DNA of 41,846 nucleotides, taken from IMG/VR virus record IMGVR_UViG_3300045988_092202; one strand, 5' to 3'. The position numbers and the translations under genes were made by a program. Below, in pieces: positions 16,612 to 24,576 of the stretch. This DNA is from a virus. Below the pieces are notes generated by a model. It made no database searches and was not told the origin of the DNA. It saw only the letters and a list, made by a program, of their open reading frames with translations. Each line of letters opens with the position of its first letter. Positions within the stretch are counted from its first letter, which is position 1.

Positions 16612-16643
16612 AAAAGCCGCCCCCATTTCGGGGGCGGCTTTTT
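16612..16643. terminator. Bidirectional terminator
   Basis: AAAAGCCGCCCCC-ATTTC-GGGGGCGGCTTTT, a perfect 13-bp stem. Confidence 0.8.
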
Positions 16644-16646
16644 GTG

Positions 16647-19600
16647 TTATTGCTGCTCTTCCCACCAGTCCACCACGTCAAGCTTTCCGCCGTACAGCTT
16701 CCAAAGCTTTTTCGCCATGTCCGCGCCGTAAATCTCCGCCAGTGCCTCCCGCTGCTTTTTGGCCTTGCCTTTTCCGTAGCCGTTGAAGCTTTGGTAAATT
16801 TCATAGGCCTGTGCATACTGCGCCGGGGTCATTCCCAGTTCCTTCCGTGCGTAGTCATATTTCAGCTCTGTCTTGTCGGATTTCGGGTTTTCCGGGTCAT
16901 AGTCCGGCATGTAAGCCTTCATCAGCTTATCCATTGCGCTTTCGCTGATACTTGCGCTGGTGATCGCCCGGTATTTCGCGCTGTTTCCCGTGCCGTCGGC
17001 GTGTTTCACCGCGTCCAGCACTTTCAGATAGGCCGTGGTGCTGACCCCGGCTTCCCGCGCCTCCAGATACTTTGCCGTATCGCCGGATACGTTTTCCTTG
17101 TACGCCGCTTTCTGGCTGTCGGTCATTTTGCTATAGGTGTCGTATGCGCTTTCCAGGGTCTCTTTCGCCGGCTTTTCGTCATAGCCGTAGTCCCATACCT
17201 TTTGCATGTCGCTGATGCCGCTTGCCATCTGCTTTGTAACCACGTCCATGACCGCCTCTTTTCCGATTTCCTCGGCGGTTCCGGTTTTCACCTCCTTGTA
17301 GTCCGTCACTGCCGCCCGGGCGTAGTCCGCCGCGTATCCCTTGACGGTTTTCAGGGCTTCCGCTTTCAGCTCGTCCGTGAGCTTCTGATAGTCCGGATTG
17401 TTCATCAGGGCACCGTAGTACTCCGATACCTTCCCGCCGTACTCCCGTTGATAGGTTTCCCGCTGTGCCCCGTCCAGCTCCACCGCCTCCCCGGCGGCGT
17501 TTTTTACCTGCATGGGGGCTTGCCGTTCCGGGTAGATTTCTTTGTCGTACTGCCCGCCGGTAGCGTCAGACAGTGCGCCCAAAGATTCCGTGATTGCGTT
17601 TGGCTGGTAGATTTGGCTGTTTGTCGTGTCAAACAGGTTGGCATATACGCCGCCCCGCTTCTGTTCCTCGCCCAGGCCGGAAATCTTTTTCGGCAAATCC
17701 TGTGCGCCGCCGGGAACGTTGGTCAGGAAAGCGTTTTTCGCGTATTCCGCCGCCGTCTGGCCTCTGGTGTCCCGGTAGTATCCGTCTGCCGCTTTCGCCC
17801 CCTGCTTGACGATCTGGGGAATGAAGCTGGATGCCGTTTCCCCGGCGTATTTTGCAACCGCTCCAAACGCCGCCGTCGGGTCTTTGGCTTCCACCGCGTC
17901 GCTGATGTCGGAAACCATGTCCGCGATATTTTGCAGTCCCGTCACCATGGGGCTGTCCATAAAAGCCCGGAAAACCGATTCCGCCGTTGCGCCCGGAAGG
18001 GCTTTCAGCATTCCCTGAATGTCGTCCTCCTGCGCCAATTCCGCCCCCAGATACATGTGGGTGTTGAACGGTTCCAGACTGTCCAGGCTGCTGATTACGT
18101 CTCCCGCCTGCCACTTGGTATCCCCGCCGGTGCTTTCCCTGGCTGCCGCCGACCAGTTGATCTGTGCCCCGCTCAGGCCGTCCGCCTGTTCCAGTGCCTT
18201 CTTGTTTTTGTCGTCGGCATTGGATACCCGGATAATTCCCTTTGCCGCCAGTGCCGTAAAGCCGCCAATCAGGGCAAGGCCGGTCACGCCCCGGCCAAAG
18301 TCCGAGGCAACCTGCCGCTGCCGGTTCACGTCAATGGACTTTCCCTGCTTTGCGTCGTGGATCAGGGAGGCCAGCTCGCCCAGACTTTTCATTACGCCGG
18401 TGCTGTAGTCCACGCCGGTCTGGGTTACGTTCATGGTCGTTCCCACAAAGGGCATGGCCGAATCTGCCGCAAATTCTCCGGCCGCTCCCAGTGCTCCGTC
18501 TCCGGATAAGCCTTTCTTTGCCTTCTTGCCGTATCGGGCAAGGGCAGAACCGTGTTCTTTTGTGTCCCCGTACTTGTCCGTTGCTTCCCAGGTTGCGTCC
18601 TTGAACGTCCGCCGGTTGGCCGTGAACTGGGACAGCCGGTCAATGTCCTCATCTCCCAGGCCGGAGTTTCTCAGCCCCTCCAGGCTTTCCGCCACCGCCG
18701 CGTTGGTGCCGCCCTCGAATACCTTGTCCGTTACCTCCAGGGCGTAATTCATGTACTTCTGATAGGCGTACAGGAGCCGCATTCCCAGGTTGCCCGTGGA
18801 GCGGAACGTTTTTCCGCCGTACTTTAACCTGTTCCCATCAGAAACGGCGGAATAGGAAGCGTCTACGTCTGTTTCAATGGGGATATTCAGCTCCACGCAT
18901 AGGGAAGCGAAGTCCGCCGCGCTTTTTGCTCCGTCGATGTAGGCTTTCGTGTGGGTGAAATCGTTTCCGGTCGTCCGTTTCCCGGTGAATTTGGAAATCA
19001 GCATGTCCATAGCCTGTCCGCCCAGGCTGTCGCTTGCCGAATCCAAAAGCCCCGTCGTTGCGTTTCCGCCGATATTCCGTCCAAAGCTTCTGAAACTGGT
19101 CAGGATGTTCTGTTTCCGGATTCCCATCATCACTTCTCTGTCCGTCCGCCGCCGGAAATCGTCCGGCATGGAGGCAATCTGGGTGTTGGCAATCTTCTTC
19201 AGGTCGTCAAAGTCCAGCTTTTTCAGGATTCTCCGGGCGTTCCAGGTCAGCTTGTCCGAGCTTCCGAACAAACCGGTTGTCTTTCTGGCCTGGGCGATCT
19301 GTGTAATTACCTTCTGCATTCCCGCCGTGTCTCCGTCCTCCACCGATTCAACGGCGATGGCAAGCCGGGTGATGCCCATGGAAACGTCCTTTCTCCAATC
19401 CTCAAAGCTCTTTCCGCTCTTTTCGGCGTTGTAGGTGGTCATTTCCTTTTTCAGGCCGGAAAGCCCCTTGATGGCCGTTTCGCAGGCGGATTCCGGGTCT
19501 GCCGCGTCCTTCATCGTCCCGCCGATGTTGAACGCCTGCACCGCCTGTCCGGCCTCCGTGGCCGTCTTTGCCAAACGTTGGTTTAATTCCGTGTATTCGT

Positions 19601-22600
19601 CCACGTCTCCGCTGTTGAAAAGCGACTTTACCGCAAGCCTCGCCGTTGCTACGTCCGTAGCAGTCAGGTTGTCCTTCTGCATCAGGTATTCATATTCTGA
19701 CCGTACCCGTTCCGGGGTGCTGGTTCTCTCCCTGGCCACGTCCATCACGTCCATGTTCCGCAGCTGTTGATAGTCTCCCGCCTTCGGGTCTACGGCAAGG
19801 GTTCCCTTGTAGCTTTCCCGGATGTCGTTGTCCGTTCCTCTCAGGCCGCTGTTGGTGAAGCTCTTGGACTTCATCGTCTTGCCCTCTGCGCTTGCCTGTG
19901 CGCCGGGAACATAGCCGTCCGGTGTCTGTGCCTGTCCGTTCGTTTCTGCCCTCTGCGCCCCTTCCTGGGCTTCCTGTGGCATTTCCTGCGGTGCGGCTTG
20001 CTGCTGTACCGGCTGTTCGTTCTGGACTTTCGGCTGCGGTACCGGCTGTGTGTTCCGCGCCTGGGGCTGCTGCTGTGCGTTCTGGACTGGGGGCTGTCCG
20101 TCTTGTGTGGACATGCCCTGGCTGTCCGCCGCTTGTGCACTATCAGAAAGCCTATTGACTTCCGAAACGTTTTGCTGTATAGTCGTGTTGGAAGTAGCTC
20201 CCCCGGCGGACGTTGCTTCCGAGCTGGGAGCAGTCCCACCAGGCGTTTCGGACGTAAAGGAATCGGCTTGTACAGATTCCGGGGTGGCTATGCTCCCGGC
20301 TTTTTTGTTTACATATTCCGTTTGCACAAATACGTCAAGCCGCTTGTCAGAAACTACGGCGACCACCGTCGTCGTTTCATTACCATTTGCTTTTCTGAAT
20401 TCGATGGCCGGTTTCCCGTTGTAGTCGCTGTCCGAGCGTTTAATGGAATCCGCGTTTTGTACAATGTCCGGGATTGCGATATAATCCGCTTCTGTTACCG
20501 CTCTTTGCCCCCTAGGTGCCTCTTTGCTTTCGTCCCCGTGGCTTTTCTTGATTTTTCGGATTTCGTCTTCCCCCAAGGTGAGATTATACCCGTCAACGTC
20601 AAGCCCTGTGGACTTGGAAATATCCGAGGCCAGCTCGTCTCCAATTGCGCCGAAGTACATCTTCTTGTTTGTTTTTTCCTCTCCGGAAAGCGCATTCTTG
20701 ACGAACTGTTTGAATTGGTCGATGCTGTCGCAAAGCACAATCCGCTTGCTGGATTTCCAGTTCTCGATCTGCTCTTGGCTGTAACTTCTTAATTTGTTCC
20801 AAACGCCGCCGCTTCCGGCGGCGTTTTTTTGCTCCGCCGCAGGCTCCGCCGAACCTTGCCCGTCCTCCATCCCCAGAGCCATTTTTGCCCTTCTGTCCAT
20901 TTCCGTGTCCGCCTTCGGTGCTTCCGGCTGGCTCTCCGGTTTCTGGCTTTCCTGGTTCATCACCCGGTCAAAGGCCTTGTCAAATTCCGCTTCCGAATCT
21001 GCCAGTAAATCCCCCGCTCTCGCTGGCTGCTCCTGGCCTGCCAGTGCTCTTGCCATCTGCTCCCCGTCAAGCGGTGCGGCCTTTTCGCCGTCCGGGGCTT
21101 CTGCCGCCGCCTGGGCAGGCTGTTCCTGGGGGTTCTGTGCGGCGGCTTCCGGAACGTCTGCGTTTTCTCCCCGGTTGGCAAGCTTGTATTTGGTCGTGGC
21201 CACCAGGCTGTTGAAACCTCCGGCAAGCCCGGAGACGATCATGGAGTAGAGGATGTCGTTCACCGTTCCCCTGTCCACAATGGCCTGAGCTTCCTCCAGG
21301 CTCATGTTCGGGTTCATGGTCATCATCTGGGCAACTTCCAGATTCCGCTCGCTTTTGTCTCGCATGATTGCCGCATCCGAAAACAGGCTCGCCAGCTGGG
21401 AGGCCGCTTCCTGCCCGCCCTCAATGCCCATGCTTCGCAGGAAGTTCAGGATATATCCGGCGCCGCCCTTCGCCGTGGAAATGCTGATTAGATTGTCCAG
21501 GGGGATTTTCTCCGTCAGCGCGTCCACCGTTGCGCTTGCGGTGGCGTATAGAAGCGCCTGGTCAGCGTTTGCTCCCCGGTTTGCCGCCGACTGCATGGCA
21601 CTGCCGAAGGTGTTTGCGCCCGCAATGCCCGCACCCACCAGGGAGCCGCCGCCGGTGAGCGTACCCAGAGCGATCCGTGCCCCGGTGTCCGCCATGCCCA
21701 TTCCCACGTCGTAGGCTCCCCCGGCAATTGCCCGCAGGGGGTTACTTCCGTCTCCGACGATGTTCTGCTTTACCTCGCCGCGCACGGCTCCAGACCAGTT
21801 TTGCAGCTGGGTTCCCTGGTTATATGGGTCAAGGTCGGTAAATTGTCCGGTTCCGTTCAGTGCCTCTCCCAGATAGCCGAGACTTGCCATGGAGCCGCCT
21901 ATCAGGTTCGCCGGGACAGTCAGTGTGCTGTTCCAGATCGGGTGCTTGTCTGCCGCTTCCTGCGCCGCCTGCTGCTGTTCGGCGGCCTTCTGGGCATTGG
22001 TTTCCCGTCTGCGTACCTCTGCCAGCTTCTCCAGGCTTTCCGCGTCCAGGTGCTCGTTTTCGGCAAACCAGGCTTCCAGCTCAGGCAGGCCGGTAGCCAG
22101 CGGGTCGGAAGCCGTGTCCTTCCGGTAGTTGTATTCGTCCAGTTTCTTCTGGCCTTCCTCGGAAAGCCGGGAAATGCTGTCCAGTCCGCTTTCCATGGTG
22201 GCCTGGTTCTGCTCCCGCTCCGCCTGAGAAACCGCCGCCTTCTTCTCGTTTAGCTCCTGGTCATAGTTCTGCCGTGCCTTCCGATTGGTCTCCTGAATCT
22301 GCTGGATCAGTGCGTCCTCATCGGAAATCCCCTCCATTGGAGCTGCTGCCGATGTTTCCGCCTGTGCCTTCTGGTAGGCGTTCTTCCAGTCTTCCGCCCG
22401 GGTCTCCTTGCGTTCCTGCTCGTAGTCCTCCAGCTCCTGCTTTTTCTGCTTGGTGTTCCGTCTGGCCTCCACGATCCTCCGGGTGGTGTCCGTGTAGGCA
22501 TCCTTCTTCGGGGCGTTGCTTCCCCGGTTCCAGAGCCGGTCTGCCGCCGTCACGGCGTTCGGGCTGTCCACCGTCTTCCCGGTTTTCAGCTGGTACTGCT

Positions 22601-22862
22601 TGATGGCGTTCTTGTATTCCTCCATCCCCTTGTCCTGGGTCTTTTCCCGGTCAGCCCGGTAGGCCTCGATTGCCTCCGCCCGGCTGTTGACCCCCGTTAC
22701 GGTAGCCGTTCCATCCGGGTTGTAGGTTATTGTGGACTTTTTCTTTTTCTTCTTTTCTTCGCCGTCTTCCTGCCTGCCGCTGGACAAATCCCGTCCGTCG
22801 CTCAGAGTATTTTTTGTCAGGTCTACAGGCCTGTTTCTCCATGCGCTCTGGTTTCCTGCCAT
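16647..22862 (-). CDS. Giant polyvalent virion (ejection-type) protein, 2071 aa, with an embedded PBECR-like nuclease module
   Basis: Single ORF. It has a coiled-coil N-terminus, a Gly/Ala-rich hydrophobic block (aa ~310-560) and Q/P-rich linkers. At aa ~690-855 it has ...LTLGEDEIRKIKKSHGDE...ADYIAIPDIVQNADSI...AIEFRK...VVAVVSDKRLDVFVQTEYV. Confidence 0.85.
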   Translation of the reverse strand: MAGNQSAWRNRPVDLTKNTLSDGRDLSSGRQEDGEEKKKKKKSTITYNPDGTATVTGVNSRAEAIEAYRADREKTQDKGMEEYKNAIKQYQLKTGKTVDSPNAVTAADRLWNRGSNAPKKDAYTDTTRRIVEARRNTKQKKQELEDYEQERKETRAEDWKNAYQKAQAETSAAAPMEGISDEDALIQQIQETNRKARQNYDQELNEKKAAVSQAEREQNQATMESGLDSISRLSEEGQKKLDEYNYRKDTASDPLATGLPELEAWFAENEHLDAESLEKLAEVRRRETNAQKAAEQQQAAQEAADKHPIWNSTLTVPANLIGGSMASLGYLGEALNGTGQFTDLDPYNQGTQLQNWSGAVRGEVKQNIVGDGSNPLRAIAGGAYDVGMGMADTGARIALGTLTGGGSLVGAGIAGANTFGSAMQSAANRGANADQALLYATASATVDALTEKIPLDNLISISTAKGGAGYILNFLRSMGIEGGQEAASQLASLFSDAAIMRDKSERNLEVAQMMTMNPNMSLEEAQAIVDRGTVNDILYSMIVSGLAGGFNSLVATTKYKLANRGENADVPEAAAQNPQEQPAQAAAEAPDGEKAAPLDGEQMARALAGQEQPARAGDLLADSEAEFDKAFDRVMNQESQKPESQPEAPKADTEMDRRAKMALGMEDGQGSAEPAAEQKNAAGSGGVWNKLRSYSQEQIENWKSSKRIVLCDSIDQFKQFVKNALSGEEKTNKKMYFGAIGDELASDISKSTGLDVDGYNLTLGEDEIRKIKKSHGDESKEAPRGQRAVTEADYIAIPDIVQNADSIKRSDSDYNGKPAIEFRKANGNETTTVVAVVSDKRLDVFVQTEYVNKKAGSIATPESVQADSFTSETPGGTAPSSEATSAGGATSNTTIQQNVSEVNRLSDSAQAADSQGMSTQDGQPPVQNAQQQPQARNTQPVPQPKVQNEQPVQQQAAPQEMPQEAQEGAQRAETNGQAQTPDGYVPGAQASAEGKTMKSKSFTNSGLRGTDNDIRESYKGTLAVDPKAGDYQQLRNMDVMDVARERTSTPERVRSEYEYLMQKDNLTATDVATARLAVKSLFNSGDVDEYTELNQRLAKTATEAGQAVQAFNIGGTMKDAADPESACETAIKGLSGLKKEMTTYNAEKSGKSFEDWRKDVSMGITRLAIAVESVEDGDTAGMQKVITQIAQARKTTGLFGSSDKLTWNARRILKKLDFDDLKKIANTQIASMPDDFRRRTDREVMMGIRKQNILTSFRSFGRNIGGNATTGLLDSASDSLGGQAMDMLISKFTGKRTTGNDFTHTKAYIDGAKSAADFASLCVELNIPIETDVDASYSAVSDGNRLKYGGKTFRSTGNLGMRLLYAYQKYMNYALEVTDKVFEGGTNAAVAESLEGLRNSGLGDEDIDRLSQFTANRRTFKDATWEATDKYGDTKEHGSALARYGKKAKKGLSGDGALGAAGEFAADSAMPFVGTTMNVTQTGVDYSTGVMKSLGELASLIHDAKQGKSIDVNRQRQVASDFGRGVTGLALIGGFTALAAKGIIRVSNADDKNKKALEQADGLSGAQINWSAAARESTGGDTKWQAGDVISSLDSLEPFNTHMYLGAELAQEDDIQGMLKALPGATAESVFRAFMDSPMVTGLQNIADMVSDISDAVEAKDPTAAFGAVAKYAGETASSFIPQIVKQGAKAADGYYRDTRGQTAAEYAKNAFLTNVPGGAQDLPKKISGLGEEQKRGGVYANLFDTTNSQIYQPNAITESLGALSDATGGQYDKEIYPERQAPMQVKNAAGEAVELDGAQRETYQREYGGKVSEYYGALMNNPDYQKLTDELKAEALKTVKGYAADYARAAVTDYKEVKTGTAEEIGKEAVMDVVTKQMASGISDMQKVWDYGYDEKPAKETLESAYDTYSKMTDSQKAAYKENVSGDTAKYLEAREAGVSTTAYLKVLDAVKHADGTGNSAKYRAITSASISESAMDKLMKAYMPDYDPENPKSDKTELKYDYARKELGMTPAQYAQAYEIYQSFNGYGKGKAKKQREALAEIYGADMAKKLWKLYGGKLDVVDWWEEQQ

Positions 22863-22868
22863 ATCATA

Positions 22869-24131
22869 TCACCCCATAAGGTCTTTCTCGCTCACGTCGT
22901 AGCTTCCGCCGCCGCTGTTATTCTTGCCCAGCTTTCCCTTCTTCTGCTGATCCCGCAAAAACCGCTGCCAGCTCTTGCTCGTTCCGGGGCTGCCGTGGGC
23001 GTTCAGCTTCCCGATCTGTTCGTCCGTCAGGCCGTAGAGCTTGCCAAGCATGGTGTAGTCCCGCTTTCTCTTGGCCAGGTCTTCTCCCACGAACTTCTGC
23101 AAATCCACAAGCTTCTGCTGCTCCTTGCTGGCCGCGTCAAGCAGTGCCTTGTTTCGCTCCGCGTTCACGCCTTCCAGGCTGTCGGCGATTCCCTTGCCGT
23201 AGTCCGCCCTTGCCTGTACCCCGGCCATGCCGCTGGTGGCATCCGCCGCCGCCTGTACCCCTCTCAGCTCCGTGAGCTTCCGCTGCAAGGCAGCGTCCCG
23301 GGCAAGCGCCGCCTGCGCCGCTACGCCGCTTCCCTGACCGTAGGCTCCCTGCACCTCCTGATAGTTCATGGCGTTTCGCAGGGCATCCACATAAGCCCCC
23401 GTCAGGCTTCCGTCCGTCTGCTGCTGCTGTGCCCGCCGCTGTGCCTCCAGCTCGGAGAGCTTCTGGGCATACTGGCTCTGTGCCGCCGCCTCCGCCGCCT
23501 GCTGCTTCGCGTCGTAAATCTGATTCACGGCTCCCTCGTTTTGCAGCACCTCCGCCCAGCTGTCGCCGGTGGTGTCCCGCTTGGGCAGCTCCCCGTTGGC
23601 CAGGGCATCCATAGCAGACCGGTCTCCCTTGCCGGAAAGCAGCGTTGCCCCCTGCTTCCGCAGCTCAAGCAGCTGGTTCTCCTCCGCCTTGGCAGCCTCA
23701 TACAGGGCCTGGGCTTTCTCCATATCATTGTTGGCCTGGGCTTGCTTGATGGCGGAGGCGTACTGCTCCCCCAGGAGCTTTCTCTGCCGCTCGATCTCAT
23801 AGTCGGCGTTGGCCTGCTTGCCTTCCAGGGCGTTCACGTCCGTTCTGCGCTGCCCCCATTGGGAAAGCGCCGCCTGCTGTCCCGCCCCTTGGCTCATCGT
23901 CCGGGTCTGGAAGTTCTTTCCCATCTGGTTTGCCTCTACCCTGGTTCTGGCAAGGTGGGTCTGGGTCTGCTGCTGCACCTGCTGCTTTGCGCTGTCCAGG
24001 GCGGCGTTGTTCTGTGCCAGATTCCCGGTCAGCATGTCCTTCTGCGCCGCGCCGGAATCTCCGTAAAGCTTGTTGATGTACTTATCCTCGTTCAGGGCAG
24101 AGGTTGCCGCCGTATCCTTGATTGTGGGCAT
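22869..24131 (-). CDS. Q/A-rich coiled-coil virion protein (420 aa)
   Basis: AAGGAGG RBS and long helical low-complexity sequence. It lies directly upstream of the giant protein. Confidence 0.7.
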   Translation of the reverse strand: MPTIKDTAATSALNEDKYINKLYGDSGAAQKDMLTGNLAQNNAALDSAKQQVQQQTQTHLARTRVEANQMGKNFQTRTMSQGAGQQAALSQWGQRRTDVNALEGKQANADYEIERQRKLLGEQYASAIKQAQANNDMEKAQALYEAAKAEENQLLELRKQGATLLSGKGDRSAMDALANGELPKRDTTGDSWAEVLQNEGAVNQIYDAKQQAAEAAAQSQYAQKLSELEAQRRAQQQQTDGSLTGAYVDALRNAMNYQEVQGAYGQGSGVAAQAALARDAALQRKLTELRGVQAAADATSGMAGVQARADYGKGIADSLEGVNAERNKALLDAASKEQQKLVDLQKFVGEDLAKRKRDYTMLGKLYGLTDEQIGKLNAHGSPGTSKSWQRFLRDQQKKGKLGKNNSGGGSYDVSEKDLMG

Positions 24132-24143
24132 GGTTCCGCCTCC

Positions 24144-24563
24144 TTAAAATGTCCCGTAGGGCAGCGGAATCGGCTCAAAGGAGCCGTCCGCGTTGTTCCG
24201 CATGTCGTTTAGTGCCTCCCGGTACTGGTTCATAAACCAGGCAGATAATGTGTCATTCTCCGCGCTTAATAGCTCCGCAGCCAGGTAGGGCGGCAGCAGC
24301 GACATGGCCAGCCCATCGTCCAGCCGGATAGCCTGGGTAAAATTCGGGTTCTTGAAATTCAGGTTGCTCAGCAGCGGAATGTCGTCCTCGTCCTCTTCTT
24401 CCAGCCGGGAATACTTGGCGATTCTCGGGATCACCGTGTTCAGAATGGAGATCGTGCGGTACTTGTATTCCCCGGTGTCCACCGTCATTGTGGAGCCGTC
24501 CGTCTCCCGCTGCTCGTCCATCAGATGAATTGCCATGTCAAATACTTCCTGCACCGTTACCAT
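24144..24563 (-). CDS. Putative head-tail adaptor-like protein (139 aa)
   Basis: ATG 24561-24563 follows AAGTAAGGAGGAAAGCCAT. The assignment rests on position and size only. Confidence 0.5.
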   Translation of the reverse strand: MVTVQEVFDMAIHLMDEQRETDGSTMTVDTGEYKYRTISILNTVIPRIAKYSRLEEEDEDDIPLLSNLNFKNPNFTQAIRLDDGLAMSLLPPYLAAELLSAENDTLSAWFMNQYREALNDMRNNADGSFEPIPLPYGTF

Positions 24564-24576
24564 ATGGCTTTCCTCC

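Noticed and set aside
16644-18509. Long antisense ORFs opposite well-supported genes, for example 16644..18509(+), 7038..8741(+), 9144..10340(+), 11875..12843(+), 22995..24212(+), 24535..25497(+), 636..1406(+) and 40164..41237(-).
   Set aside because: These are shadow ORFs of a GC-rich genome. They are Arg/Leu/Gly/Pro/Val-rich, lack RBSs, and are each fully contained opposite a gene with recognisable motifs.
16647-22862. Tape-measure protein annotation for the 2071-aa ORF.
   Set aside because: No tail-tube, chaperone-frameshift or distal-tail genes flank it, and it carries an enzyme-like PBECR module and polyvalent-type linkers. A tape-measure role cannot be excluded without homology searches.
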